A stretch of DNA of 64,000 nucleotides from Callorhinchus milii (lineage: Eukaryota). Below are positions 10,587 to 23,973 of this stretch, one piece after another. The number at the start of each line of letters is the position of its first letter. Position 1 is the stretch's first letter. The stretch lies in assembly GCF_018977255.1 (NCBI RefSeq), contig NW_024704742.1:71426001-71490000 (forward strand). The letters are read 5' to 3'. The notes below the pieces were generated by a model. That model was not told where the DNA came from. It did no database searches and worked only from the letters and a program-made list of their open reading frames with translations. Position numbers and translations under genes: made by a program.

Positions 10587-12682
10587 GAGAGGGAGTGAGG
10601 GAGAGAGTGTGAGAGAGAGGGAGAGAGAGTGAGAGAGAGACTGAGAGAGAGGGAGAGAGTGTGTGAAATAGAGAGAGAGTGTGTGTGAGAGAGAGAGTGT
10701 GAGAGAGAGAGAGAGAGTGTGAAATAGAGTGAGAGAGAGACAGAGAGGGAGAGTGTGTGAGAGAGAGAGAGAGTGTGTGAAATAGAGTGAGAGAGAGTGA
10801 GAGACTGAGAGAGGGAGAGTGTGTGAGAGAGAGAGAGTGTGTGTGTGAGAGAGAGAGAGTGTGTGAGAGAGTGAGAGAGAGTGTGTGAAATAGAGTGAGA
10901 GAGAGTGAGAGACTGAGAGAGGGAGAGTGTGTGAGAGAGAGAGAGAGTGTGTGTGAGAGAGAGAGAGTGTGTGAGAGAGTGAGAGAGAGTGTGTGAAATA
11001 GAGTGAGAGAGAGTGAGAGACTGAGAGAGGGAGAGTGTGTGTGAGAGAGAGAGAGAGTGAGAGAGAGTGTGTGAAATAGAGTGAGAGAGAGTGAGAGAGG
11101 GAGAGTGTGTGAGAGAGAGAGAGAGACTGAGAGAGGGAGAGTGTGTGTGAGAGAGAGAGAGAGAGAGAGTGAGAGAGAGTGTGTGAAATAGAGTGAGAGA
11201 GAGTGAGAGACTGAGAGAGGGAGAGTGTGTGAGAGAGAGAGAGAGAGAGAGACTGAGAGAGGGAGAGTGTGTGAGAGAGAGTGTGACAGAGACTGAGACA
11301 GAGAGAGTGAGAGAGAGTGAGTGTGTGAGAGAGTGTCAGAGACAGAGAGACTGAGAGAGAGAGAGACTGAGAGTGTGAGAGAGAGAGTGTGTGAGAGAGA
11401 CAGAGAGAGTGTGAGAGAGAGTGAGTGTGTGAGAGAGACTGAGAGAGAGAGAGACTGAGAGAGAGTGTGAGAGAGACTGAAAGAGAGAGTGTGTGAGAGA
11501 GAGTGTGTGAAATAGAGTGAGAGAGAGTGAGAGACTGAGAGAGGGAGAGTGTGTGTGAGAGAGAGTGAGAGAGAGAGTGTGTGAGAGAGTGAGAGAGAGT
11601 GTGTGAAATAGAGAGAGAGAGTGAGAGACTGAGAGGGAGAGTGTGTGTGAGAGAGAGAGAGAGAGACTGAGACAGAGAGTGAGAGAGAGTGAGTGTGTGA
11701 GAGAGTGTCAGAGACTGAGAGAGTGTGTGAGAGAGACAGAGAGAGTGTGAGAGAGAGTGAGTGTGTGAGAGAGACTGAGAGAGAGTGTGAGAGAGACTGA
11801 AAGAGAGAGTGTGTGAGAGAGAGTGTGTGAGAGAGAGACTGAGAGAGAGTGAGAGAGTGTGAGAGAGAGAGACAGAGAGAGAGAGTGAGAGACTGAGAGA
11901 GAGTGAGAGAGAGTGAGTGTGTGAGAGAGTGTCAGAGACTGAGGGAGAGAGAGAGAGACAGAGAGTGTGAGAGAAAGAGAGTAAGAGAGACAGAGAGATT
12001 GTGAGAGAGAGTGAGTGTGTGAGAGAGACTGAGAGAGAGAGACTGAGAGAGTGTGAGAGAGACTGAAAGAGAGAGTGTGTGAGAGAGAGACTGAGAGAGA
12101 GAGAGAGTGAGAGACTGAGAGAGAGTGAGTGAGAGAGTGAGAGAGAGAGACAGAGAGAGAGAGAGACTGAGATAGTGTGAGAAATACTGAGAGAGACAGA
12201 GATGGAGATAGAGTGTGAGCGACTGAGATGGTGTGAGCGAGCGAGAGACTGAGCGAGCGAGAGAGGCTGAGCGAGCGAGAGGCTGAGCGAGCGAGAGAGG
12301 CAGAGAGAGAGAGAGAGAGACAGAGAGTGAAAGAGAGAGAGACTGAAAGAGAGAGAGAGAGACTGAGATAGTGAGAGACTGAGAGAGAGTGAGAGAGACT
12401 GAGCGGGCGAGAGACTGAGACAACGAGAGAGCAAGAGCGAGAGACAGAGTGAGCGAGAGACAGAGTGAGCGAGAGACAGAGTGAGCGAGAGACAGAGTGA
12501 GCGAGAGACAGAGTGAGCGAGAGACAGAGTGAGCGAGAGACAGAGTGAGCGAGAGACAGAGTGAGCGAGAGACAGAGTGAGCGAGAGACAGAGAGTGAGC
12601 GAGAGACAGAGAGTGAGCGAGAGACAGAGTGAGCGAGAGACAGAGTGAGCGAGAGACAGAGTGAGCGAGAGACAGAGAGTGT
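10587..12682. repeat. (GA)n/(GT)n compound microsatellite ending in a 14-bp GAGCGAGAGACAGA/GT-type array; fills most of NAGK intron 1
   Basis: Direct inspection. Confidence 0.97.
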
Positions 12683-12822
12683 CTCTAAATTTATTTCCTT
12701 GTCTCACTTTTTGTAGCAGCTATGTCTCCTGACCCTTGACCCCCTGTGCTTCCTCGGGTGTCAGGGGGGCTCTGGGCACGGAGTATCCCGGCTGTAACGT
12801 GTTCTCTAATCTCCTCCCTCAG

Positions 12823-12907
12823 GGGCGGCACTCGCTCAAAGGCTGTCGTGCTGTCAGAGAATGGCACCATCTTGTCAGAGATTTCAGGACCATGCACCAA
12901 TCCCTGG
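12823..12907 (+). CDS. NAGK: NAGK exon 2 (GGTRSKAVVLSENGTILSEISGPCTNPW)
   Basis: Acceptor ccctcag, 85 nt, donor gtgagg. Completes the VEGGGTRS phosphate-binding motif. Confidence 0.95.
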
Positions 12908-14086
12908 GTGAGGAGCCGGACTCAGCCCTGTATCTCACTTTCACTCACTGGGGTCAGAACACTGGGGCCATTGATATCAATGGCAAACTATGTGGTTTTA
13001 ACTGGTTCGACTCCAGCAGTTACCCCAACGCACACTCTGCGGTCCCCGAGTCTTGGCTCTCGCCGACCTGTGCCTAACACTCTCTGGAATTAGGTAAACA
13101 GGATGTGTCCCTCCAGGGAGAGAGCGCACATTCCATTCCAACAACCTGACTCTCGGATTTCCGTGTGTAAGTGGGATACATGGAAATGTCAGTTTGGTTT
13201 AGAGACTCTACAGCATGGTGAAGGGTTTCTGCATGTATCAGACACCCGACTGACCAAAAAAAGAGGAAGACTTTGCTATGGGCTGCACACAAACTGTCAC
13301 CCAGGCATCCCCCCGAGCTTGTGGGTTAAAGCTCCTACATTATGCTCCTCATAGTCCAGGTTGATGCTCCAGCGCAGTGCTGGGGGAAGTGTTGCAGTGC
13401 CCGAAGCCTCGCACTTCAGATGAGACATTAAACCAAGCTCATATCTGCGACGATTCAGGTGGATGTTAAATATCCTGCTGTGCTGCTCGAAAAGAGAATA
13501 ATAATAATAATACTTGCATTTGATGTAGCACCTTATTGTCTCAAAGCGCTTCACTGAATATACTGTAAAGTGGATTGACTATATTTGTGGGTTTTTTTTG
13601 GGGGGGGTAGGAAGGATTATTACCCCCGGAAAGCAATCCACCAATTGACTACAACCGGATTCCTACTTACTGCTAGGTAAACAGGTGTGTGGAGTAAGGA
13701 ACTTGCCTAAGGTTTCTACCTGCCCGGGAATCGAAGCCGGGTCCTCTCGCTTGTGAGGCAAGCGCTAACCACCACACTGCAGGATCCCCAGTGAGAAGGT
13801 AGTTTCTCTCTCCGGGTGTCCTGGCTGACAATGCCCCCCAGATAAAATCGGTCACTCACTCCCTACAAATGTTTGCGGAATGTTGCTGTGTGTAAATTGG
13901 CTGCCACGCTTTGCCTACAAAATACAGTCGCTGCAATTCACAGTAAAATCCTCTGAAGCGCTGTGAGACATCTTTATGACGTAATAAGGCTGTATCACTG
14001 TAAGGAGTCTTGTTCGTGCGCGGGCCGGTAACTCGGATTGTGACGTCCCTCGGTGTTTAAGATCCCTCTCTTTGTTTTGCTCTTAG

Positions 14087-14185
14087 CTGGTCGGGGAGGA
14101 GAAATGCATTGAAATCATTTACCATTTGGTGCAAGATGCCAAGGTTCAGAGCGGTTTAAACCCCAAAGTGCCTCTCAAGGTCCTG
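14087..14185 (+). CDS. NAGK: NAGK exon 3 (LVGEEKCIEIIYHLVQDAKVQSGLNPKVPLKVL)
   Basis: Acceptor tcttag, 99 nt, donor gtaggt. Resembles NAGK LIGTDKCVE...VPLRSL. Confidence 0.93.
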
Positions 14186-14307
14186 GTAGGTGACTGGCAG
14201 GGAGGGGGTAACAACAACAACAACAACAACAAGATTCCATTTATAAAGCGCCTTTCACGTCAGGAGGACGTCCCAAGGCGCTGCACAGTTGGGTCATGAC
14301 CCGAGCA

Positions 14308-14497
14308 GGGGGGAAATGGTCAGGGTGAGGGGAGGGAAGGGAGGGGGTGAGGAGGGGGAAATGGTCAGGGTGAGGGGAGGGAAGGGAGGGAGCAAGGAGG
14401 GGGGAAATGGTCAGGATGAGGGGAGGGAAGGGAGGGAGCGAGGAGGGGGGAAATGGTCAGGGTGAGGGGAGGGAAGGGAGGGAGCGAGGAGGGGGAA
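14308..14497. repeat. About 39-bp G-rich tandem repeat, four copies
   Basis: Unit ggggggaaatggtcagggtgaggggagggaagggaggg. Confidence 0.9.
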
Positions 14498-14999
14498 GAG
14501 AGTCGAGAGGGGAGCTGAAGGCACGGTCAAAGAGAAAGGTTTTGAGACCGGCCTTGAAGGAGGAAAGGGAGGAGGCGGCGAAGGCACTGGGGGATAGAGT
14601 TCCAGAGCCTGGGGGCTGAGAGGCTGAAGGCCCGACCACCGATGGTCAACTTGCATTTACATTTACATTTACATTTGCATTTACAGAGCACCCTCATGCA
14701 GGATAGCATCCCAGAGAGCTTGACAGTGGCGGAGCACGATGCAGAAGGGGGTTGGGGTGTGTAACCCCAGGCACGGTCAAAGAGGAAGGTCTTCAGGCGC
14801 AACCTGAAGATGGGGAAGGTGGAGGGATAGAGGAAGAGTGTTCCAGAGTTTTGGGGCATAGTGGCTGAAAGAGGGCACGAGGGGTAAGCAAGCAGCTGGA
14901 GCTAGTCGAGCTGAGGCAGGGGGTAGAGGGTTGGGAAGTAAGCAGGTCAGAGAGATAGGGAGGTAATGAAAGGATTTGAAAACAAGTTAAATTAAAAAT

Positions 15000-15443
15000 G
15001 AGTTAGATTATGAGGACATGTTGCATAAACTTAGTCTTTATTCCCTTGAGTTTAGGAGGTTGAGAGGTGATCGTTACTGTAAAGCGCTCTGAGACGCCAC
15101 CCAGCGTGGAGGGCGCTATATAAATCCAAGTTGTTGTTGTGGTTGATCTGATTGAGGTGTCTAAAATAATAAAGAGGTTTGATAGGGTAGCTACAGAGAA
15201 ACTATTTCCTCTGGTGACGGAATCCAGAACAAGAGGCATCATCTTAAAATTAGAATGAAATTAAGAGGCAGTTTTTCACCCAAAGGATTGTAGAAATCGG
15301 GAACTCTCTCCTAAGAGGCTGTGATATTGGATCCATTCACATTTTCAAACCTGAGGTGGATAGATATTTGTTAGGTCAGGGTATCAAGGGAAGGTTGAGG
15401 TGCAGACAATCTCGAGGGGTTGAATGGCCTACTCCTGTTCCTA
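15000..15443 (+). mobile_element. CR1 3' fragment (a similar one lies at about 15800-16145)
   Basis: aggttgagaggtgatc, gagaaactatttcctctgg and gaatggcctactcctgttcctat, typical of CR1 3' ends. Confidence 0.8.
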
Positions 15444-15515
15444 TGGGGGTGGGAGGAGAACGGAGGATTGATTCCTGGACTCGTGGTATTCCCGTTAGCT
15501 TTGCTTCATCTCCAG

Positions 15516-15657
15516 GGTATGTCATTGAGTGGTGTGGAACAGAAGGAAGCCAGTAGAAGGCTGAAGGGGCATCTGATATCCCGATACCCGATGATGGCCG
15601 AGCACATCTTCATCACCACAGACGCCATTGGAGGGATGGCAACTGCCAACAACACCG
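15516..15657 (+). CDS. NAGK: NAGK exon 4 (GMSLSGVEQ...HIFITTDAIGGMATANNT)
   Basis: Acceptor tccag, 142 nt, donor gtgagc. Contains SLSG and the catalytic ITTDA motif. Confidence 0.95.
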
Positions 15658-17139
15658 GTGAGCTCTCGACAGCACAGGGTTAAACATAATAATGTGGTCA
15701 CTCAATCCACAACGCTTTCTGAGACACTGCTGTGTGCAATTGCCTGCCGCGTTTCACCCACAGAATACACCGTCAATTCACTTTACAGTATATTCTGTGA
15801 AGGGTTTAATTATGAGGACAGTTTGCATGAACTTGGTCGCTATAAATTGAGTTTAGAAGTTTAAGGGGTGATCTGATCTGATTGAGGTTTTTAAAATAAT
15901 AAAGGTATTTGATAAGGTAGATACAGAGAAACTATTTCCTCTGATGTGGAATCCAGAACAAGGGGCATCAACTTAAAATTAGAGCTAAGCCATATAGGAG
16001 TGAAATCAGGAGGTAGTTTTTCACCCAAAGGGTAATGGGAATCTGGAACTCTCTCCCCCAAAAGTCTCTGAATGTTGGATCCATTCACATTGTTAAGACT
16101 GAGGTGGATAGATGTTTGTTAGGTCAGGTTATCAAGGAATACAGGGTGTCATGGAGCTTGGTATTTTATACCCAGTGTTTTAGTGATTAGAGTTGGGGCT
16201 TCTCGAGTCGAGAGGACAAAACCAGTATCCCGTTTATATTAACAAATTTAAAATATGCACTTCTTGAAATAAATTTAAAATATTAATGGGCACAAGCATA
16301 TATTTTGACAACACCCCAAACTGAGTCAGAGCTGTAATATATAAAATGCTGGCTCTTACGGTTTGAGCAGAGGAGTGAGCTGACCCACTTGTTTGTTACA
16401 ACAATAAATTACATTTGTATAGTGCCTTTCACGTAAGGAGGACGTCGCCAAGGTGCAACTCTCCTGCCTGCTCAAACTCCTAGTGTTTTATCCCCTTGTG
16501 CCTCTGACACTCACACAATACACATTCATATAGATGATAATTTTTCATGTAAATCAGGGCTACTTCAGACAACAACAATATCCTTTAACAGTTCCTCTAC
16601 CTGTGGGGTGTAATAATAATACTAATCCTTGCATTTGATATAGTGCCTTTTCATGTCTTCTCGGCGTCTCAACGCGCTTCACAGAATATACTGTAAAGTG
16701 AATTGACCGTATATTTGTGGGTGAAACGCGGCAGCCAATTGCACACAGCAGCGTCCCACATACAGTCGTGGATTGAAAATGACCAATTTATTATTGTTTT
16801 GTATTTTGGAGGGATTATTATTAGGTGTGTGGAGTAAGGAAACTTGCCCAAAGTTTCGCCCTGCCTGGAAACCTGGTAAATGCTTATTAGGCGCAGTTTG
16901 GCAAGAGCCAAGGCCTGGGGACCTCAGGTTGTGTGTTGGGGTAACTGCTGTAGTCTAACCAACTAAAAACACATAGCTTACTAGATATTGCTGTCTTGCA
17001 AGCTTTCCTGCTGCTTGTCCCAGATAATGGGAGCCATGTGGCTAAGAAACTCACATAGCATATTCATAATATATCAAAGGCTTTTACAAGGACCGTACCA
17101 GAGAGTGAGCAATGCATGTCTGTGGAGGTGAACTACATT

Positions 17140-17575
17140 ATAATAATTATACTTGCATTTGATATAATGACATTGAGATGTCTCAAGGCGCGTCACAGAA
17201 TATATTATGAAGTAGATTGACTCTGTATTTTAGGTGAACGCAGAAGCCATATTTGCACACAGCAATGTCCCACAAATAGTCCGGAAGTGAGTGAGCAATT
17301 TATATTTGGCAGGATTGTCGGACAGGACATCAAGATAGAGAAACTCCCTTCTCTTTTCCAATAGTGCCACGTGATCTTTAACATCCACCTGAACAGGGCA
17401 CAGACAGAACTTTAGTTTCACGTTTCATCTAAAGGACAGAGCCTCCTTCAATCCTCCGTTTCCCCCCAAACACTGCTTTGGAGCCTCAACCTGGATTGTA
17501 AGCTCAAAGTCCCCGCCATAGGGCTTGAACCCACAACCTTTTGATTCAGAGCCGAGAGTGCGAGCCGGACTGACA
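17140..17575 (-). mobile_element. Second tRNA-SINE family (DeuSINE/SacSINE1-like; pieces also at 60-345, 395-540, 8500-8660, 60430-60730)
   Basis: Head ctcggctctgaatcaaaaggttgtgggttcaagccc, core gatgaaacgtgaaac..tgttcaggtggatgttaaagatc and an L2-like tail. Confidence 0.75.
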
Positions 17576-20500
17576 TCATGATTTCAATGTACTCACCTAT
17601 AAATTCTTTAACGCCTTAACACCTCCATATCTCTCTGAACTTCTCATATGCCAGTCCTTCGCCCGCCCCCTCTGCTTGGCTAACTAGAGCTTGTTGCATG
17701 CCCCCCCCCCCACCCCCGAGATGTTATTCTTTGTGAATGGCGCTGCATAGCTTTCAGGAGGGAACTAGATAATTAGGTATAAAAAGGAGTAAACAACAGT
17801 ATGTGGGGATAGGGCAGTAAATGGGACTTAATGGATAGGAATGCTCTTTAGTATACCATGTGCCGAATGGTTATCTTCTGTGCCGGAGGTGTGGCGCGGG
17901 GAGAGACACGGAGTTGCATAGGTTAGAGTCATAGTGAGTTAAGGCCGAGTCTACCCCTAGCCTCCCTGCCTTACATTCTTCCTGATCCCAAACCCCAGCT
18001 TGTGTCCAAATCCTTGACTGCCCAGTGGTTTGGGACGTCTTCCCGATGTGAAAGGTGCGAGATAAATGTTATTTGTTGTTGTGGGGGTGAGAACACAAAG
18101 CAGGTTTGTGTTAGCGAGTGTCTGGGGGGACAAAGGAGTGAAGTACAGGTGGTCAGTGAGCTGCTGGAGTGTGGCGGGATTGATATTTGAGGTCAATCCA
18201 TTTGAGACAAGGAGCCAGTGGAGCCTGGCCAGGTGATGGGGGTGCGGAGTTTGGTGCAGGTGAGGACACGAGTGGCTGAGGTTTGGATGAAGTGAAACAT
18301 GGATGGTGGGGAGAACTTTTGAGAAATCAAGGCAGGAGGTGCACCCACTATTTCCCACCCCACTTGTTCTCTGTCAGGCATTTTAACTACAGCTGTGTAA
18401 GTACAAGTCACATCCTCTGTGTACAGTACTGAGAGAGAATCTGGCTGATCACCTTGCCCTCTCATTCCCTCCCCGAAGCCTTGAGATTCATGCTCATTGT
18501 GATAAGACTTTTATGACTACACAGCTTGCAGGTTATCTCTGCCCTTTGCATCATCCTGTACATTATACATTAGGAGGTTGTTGATTGTCTCGCCTCTGGG
18601 TCAGAAGGTTGTGGATTTATGTCTGAGACTTGAGTTCACAGTCTCACAGGCAGGGAGAGGAGGGCAGGGGAAGGTGTGTTGCTTTGTAGGAGGCTCCATC
18701 CTTCATACAAAGTGGAGTGCTGTAGCGTAATGGTTAAAGCTCTCGCCTCACAAGCAAGACCCGGATTCAATTTCTGGGCAGGGCAAAACCCTAGGCAAGT
18801 TTCCTTACTCCAAAAGGCTCTGTTTAGCTTTGAGACGCCTCGAAGACGTGATAAGGCGCTAGATCAAATGTGAGGATTGTTATAATTACCTAGCAGTAAG
18901 TAGGAACCCGGTTGTTAGTCGATTGGTGGATTGCTTTCCGGGGGTAATAATCCTCCTAAAATAAAATGTGATTACTCAATCCATGACTGCAGTGCACAAT
19001 TGGCTGCCATGTTTCACCCACAAAATGCACAGTCATTCTATTTAAGGCGCTATATCAAATGCAATGATTATTATTATTATAATAGAATCTTATAGCTGAG
19101 CTCCCATCTGTGTCTGTTCAGGTGGACGCTAAAGATCCCGCGGCGCTATTGGCAAAGATGATTGTCCTGGCCAACAATCCCCCAGATAAATCGGTCATTC
19201 ACCTCCCAATGGTGCAATCATTGACAGGTTTGACATAAATAGGCTATTTCCACTGGTTGGGGAGTCCATAATCAGAGAACACAAATATAAGATAATGACT
19301 AGGAGATCTGAAAGAGAATTTAGCTGGGTCGTGAGATTATGGAACTCGCTGCCTATAGCAGTGGTTGAATCAGATAGTGTAGATAATAATAATGTTTGTA
19401 GGACACTGCCGTGCACAATTGGCTGCCGCGTTTCACCCACAAAATATACAGTCAATTCATTTTACAATATATTCTGCGAAGTGCTTTGAGCAACGCAAAG
19501 ACGTGATAAAGTGCTAAATCAAATGCAAGGATTATTATTAATATTCCTTGCATTTAATATGGTGCCTTATCACGTCGTTGAGATGTCTCAAAGCACATGA
19601 CAGAATATATTGTAAATTGTATATTGACTGTGTATTTTAAAGGCAAAACATTCAATGATTCAAGATGCTTTGAAGAGGGAGCTAGACCTTCATATGAGAA
19701 AGAGGGAATAAAGGCTGTGGGAGGGAAGGGTGAAGACTCCTCTGGAGTATAAACACTAGCACGGACTGGTTGGGCCAAGTGGCCTGTTTCAGTGCTGTAC
19801 ATCACATGGACAAGGTTCTTCCAGATGCTCATTCTCCACCATTCACAAAGTTCAGCTGATTCAGATCTGTGCTGCCCATATCCTTACCCACACTGAACTC
19901 CGCACCCCCATTTGAAACAGGGAGTCAGTCCTTGCCAGACCCCACTGATTCCCTGTTGCAAAATGCATTGATTTCAAGATCCTGATACTTGCATACAAAT
20001 CACTTCATGTCCCTACCTCCCCGACCTGCTCTCATCCGACTTCTCTACCTGCCTGCTCCAGACTCTTCCTGTACGTGCCTCGCCCCCTCCGCTCCACCAT
20101 TTGTGGAGTCCTGTAGTGGAGTGGTTAGTGCGCTCGACTGGCAAACGAGAGGACCTGGGTTCGATTCCCAGGAGGGGCGAAGCCTGAGGGAAGTGTCCTT
20201 ATTCCACAACCAGAACAGCAACAAATTGCATTTACACAATGCCTTTAACGTCGGGAGGACGTCCCAAGGCGCTGGACAATCGGGGATTTGGACCTGAGCA
20301 GGGAGTTAGGATCAGGAGGGGTGGAGGGCAGGGAGGGTAGGGGTAGGAGGGTGACAGAATATGCAGTCAAAGCGGAGGGTCTTGAGACATGCCTTGAAGG
20401 AGGCAAAGGAAGGAGCAAGGAGAAGGGAATGTGCGATAGAGTTCCAAAGGGGCAGAGCGGCTGAAGGCCTGACTGCAGATAGTAGAGTGAGCTCGGCATC

Positions 20501-21167
20501 ATGCTCCGTCATCGTCCAGTGTGAAGGGCGCTATGCAAATGCAAGTTGTTGTTGTTAATGCTATCAGCGCCTGAGGTGTAGAGGTGCTGGTGGGAGCCAA
20601 TCAGAAGGGCCTCGATCTTGTTGATATTCCTTACTCCACACACCTCTGTTTATCTAGCAGTAAGTAGGACCCCAGTTGTTAATCGATTGGTGGATCGCTT
20701 TTGTTCGCAGGTAATAATTCCTGAGAAAAAAATAATAATTTGGTCACTCAACCCATGACTGTCTGTGGGACACTGCTGTGCACAATTGGCCCCCACGTTT
20801 CGTCACAAAAAGATACAGTCGATCCACTTTACAATATAATCTGTGAAGCACTTTGAGACGTCTCAACGACGTGATAAGGCGCTATATCAAATGCAAGGAT
20901 TACTATTATGTTATTATGAAGCACAAAGTGCTCAAAATCTCCACCTCAACTCAGGCCATTGTCCCCACTGACCCACAAGTTAGCTGTCCTGTCAACGATA
21001 CAGGGAATCTGACAGCTGGGCATTTGAACGCAATGTAGCCCACCATCCTGTCTGTATCAAATGCAAGAATTATTATTATCTGGGGTGGGGGGGTTGGAGG
21101 GCAGTTAGGAGGGCAGTGTGGGGTGGGACTCTCTGCCGAGGTGCCCTGATGAAGGTTTGTGTTGCAG

Positions 21168-21278
21168 GAGGCATTGTGCTGGTGGCCGGAACGGGCTCTA
21201 ACTGTAAGCTGGTGAACTCCGACCTCTCGGTCATTGGCTGCGGAGGGTGGGGGCACCTGATTGGGGACGAGGGTTCAG
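21168..21278 (+). CDS. NAGK: NAGK exon 5 ([36 protein letters not shown])
   Basis: Acceptor ttgcag, 111 nt, donor gtgagt. GTGSNC and GGWGHxxGDEGS signature motifs. Confidence 0.97.
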
Positions 21279-21775
21279 GTGAGTCGAGAGGGGAGCGGGA
21301 GGGGGCCAGCGCTGGGGAATCTCACCCCGGCTGCCCGCGAGGCTCTGGTTAAACTCACTAACTCTGGGCGAGACATGCCTTGTATGGGAGCTGCCAATAG
21401 GTGTTTGGGAGGAGAAAAAATATTCTGGTGTTTTCGCTCTCCACCGGATCGCCACGTTATCTGATTTCACCCCCCCCCCCCGCCCAGCCAACGCCTTATA
21501 ACAGGGTTCACTGACTGTGCAGGTGGTTGATGTTGACTGGAGTCAGAGCGTGTTCCTGCCTCTATCTCTGTCTCTTACTCTCCCTTTCTGTATCTCTCAC
21601 TCTTTCTCTGTGTCTCTCGCTGTATCTCTCGCATTTTCTCGTGCGCTTGCTCTGGTTCTCTTTTGCTCTCGCTCTTCCACTCAAGCTTTCTCCCTCTCTC
21701 TCCCTTGCCCTCTCTCTCTCTCTCCTGCTCCCTCTCATCCTCTATCTCTCTCTCGCTCTTTCTCTCTCCCCCCAG

Positions 21776-21888
21776 CATACTGGATCGCACAGACTGGTAT
21801 CAAATGCGTCATCAACGGCCTGGATAACTTCGAGTTGCCCCAGTACAGCTTCCGCAACCTGGAAAGAAAGATATACGAGTATTTCCAG
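21776..21888 (+). CDS. NAGK: NAGK exon 6 (AYWIAQTGIK...YEYFQ)
   Basis: Long polypyrimidine tract plus cag, 113 nt, donor gtacct. AYWIA motif. Confidence 0.95.
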
Positions 21889-22981
21889 GTACCTTCTCGC
21901 CCCGATACCCCAACCGTCCTCCCAGCCTGAGCAAGAGAGGGACGGAGAGCAAGAGAGAGCGCGAGATCAAGAGGGAGAGAGAGAGATAGAGAACGAGAGC
22001 GACAGAGAGAGCTTGAGAGGTCGTCTCGTAGTGTGTCGGGTGGGTGACTGGGAGACCTGGTGTGGTGGGTAGGGGCGGGGAGGTGGAACGATGGATAACA
22101 GTGTGATTGAAGAGATGGGACACAAGGGGTCTTTAAAGGTAGGCAGAGGGGAACGGTGAGGTGGAGAGAGAGGAAAGGTGAGGCGGAGGGACTCTGGGAT
22201 GGAGCTTCAGAGAGCAGGAGCAGAATGTCTGAACGCTAGCCCGCTGATGGTGGGGGAGGGGGCATCGACCAGCCCAGCGCTTGCTGAGCGCAGGGAGTAG
22301 CCGGGAAGGTAGGGCTGCAGGAGGTCACAGAGGTCGGGTGGGGATGAATCCATGAAGGGGTTTGAATGTGAGGCCGAGGGTCTTGAATAATAATAATAAT
22401 CTTTGAATTCGATATAGCGATTGATCATGTTGTTGAGACATCTCACAGCGCTTCATAGAATATTCTATAATGTGAATTGACTGTATTTTGTGGGAGAAAC
22501 TCCATCCGCTGAGGGAAGGGGAGCCATTGGAGCTGAGGGAAGATGGGAGTGATCCCCAGTGTTAGAGGGATAAACCACGAGGAATGACGGAGAAAATCGA
22601 ATTCTTCAGCCTTGAAAGACATCCTCTCAGATGGGGAAATTATAGGGATTGTGGAGGCCATTCAGCCTGTTCTATATGTGTGTTAGTTCCTCTACTGAGT
22701 TAGAGAGCTCCAGTGGGGGAGCGAGCACCAGGGCAGACGCGATGGGCTGAGCAGCATTAAGAAGATAATTGACATTCTGCTTTGAGGAGGTAGGGGGTAG
22801 GGAGGGGGGGTGGTAGGGATTTGGTTTGAAACTCTTGTCATGTTGAGGTGATATTGAAAGCCGTTCCTATTACTCTTCTCTCTCCTCTTCCTCTCCCCCC
22901 ACACCCTCTCCTCTCTTCTCTTTCCTCTCTCCCCCACCTCTCTCTCTTCCCCAACTCTCTCTTCTCTCTTTCTCTCCGCAG

Positions 22982-23069
22982 ATATCGAATCCCTTGGATC
23001 TCCTTGATCACTTTTATCACAACTTTGACAAGTCTAAAATTGCAGGATTCTGTTACAAAATGTCAGAAG
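22982..23069 (+). CDS. NAGK: NAGK exon 7 (ISNPLDLLDHFYHNFDKSKIAGFCYKMSE)
   Basis: Acceptor ccgcag, 88 nt, donor gtgagc. FDK..AGFC motif. Confidence 0.95.
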
Positions 23070-23875
23070 GTGAGCTCTCTCTGTTTAGGGGTTTCGAAGC
23101 CTTGTCTTTCTTAACCATCTACGCCCCACCATATACAAACACACAACTTACTCACCTCCAATCTTTCTCATTTTCTGCAACCGTCTCTCCTCTTTGAAGC
23201 CCTTTACAGCGCCACACTTTTTTTGGCCATATGCAGAAACCCATCACTATAATTAGCCGGGTGTCTTGACACACACGGAAACCCATCACCGTGATCAGCC
23301 AGATATCTTGATAGACACCTTGCTTGAGTCTCCAAACCAGACTGAGAGTTCCACATGTGTATGCCACTTACCCCTAAAAACTTCTGATGTCTGGAATGGA
23401 ACATGCACTGTTTCTTTCTCTCTCTCTCTCTCTCCGCAGAGGGATATACTTACCTAAATCCGGAAAGTAGGCGCAGGTTGGCGAGGTCCAAGGCTTGGGG
23501 ACCTCAGAGGGTGCGTTGGGGTAACTGCTGGATTCTGACCAGCTAAACCCACATAGCTTGCCACGGTGTCCGGATGCACGGAATACTCATTCTGATTTGG
23601 AGTCTCTTATGCTGTTGATGGGTTTCCACACATGTCAGACCCCCGGCTGACCCGAAACCAAAAATGATTGCGCCTCACACCACGTGACCCTCGTTATAAC
23701 CTCTTGTCCCGCTCCTGCTGTCTTGATGTGTCTTTAGTTCTCGTTTTCTGAATTTAATATTTACTACCACTCCCCAGAGAGTGTCTGAGACCCGCCACTC
23801 TTGAGTGGCCTGTGACAGACTGGGGGGGAAGGGAAAGAACTGAGAATTATTTTTATTCTCTACCCCCCTCCCCAG

Positions 23876-23973
23876 TGGCGTACAACTCGGACCCCCTCGC
23901 TCGCCGAATCTTCCGAGACGCTGGAATGCATCTGGCTCGGCACGTGGTTGCTGTGCTACCGAAAGTCGACAAG
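23876..23973 (+). CDS. NAGK: NAGK exon 8 (VAYNSDPLARRIFRDAGMHLARHVVAVLPKVDK)
   Basis: Acceptor ccccag, 98 nt, donor gtaaga. DPL..IF..AG..L.RH.VAVLP motif. Confidence 0.95.

Noticed and set aside
9559..10588. Poly-Pro (extensin/formin-like) and Gly-rich ORFs of 255-316 aa
   Set aside because: Translations of a C-rich tract, open in several frames on both strands.
10557..12707. 716-aa SLSH-rich ORF
   Set aside because: Antisense reading of the (GA)n microsatellite in NAGK intron 1.
20108..20180. tRNA-like sequences with A and B boxes (also 36131, 38934, 43890 and others)
   Set aside because: Each continues into a SINE body and the copies are diverged, so they are SINE heads rather than tRNA genes.
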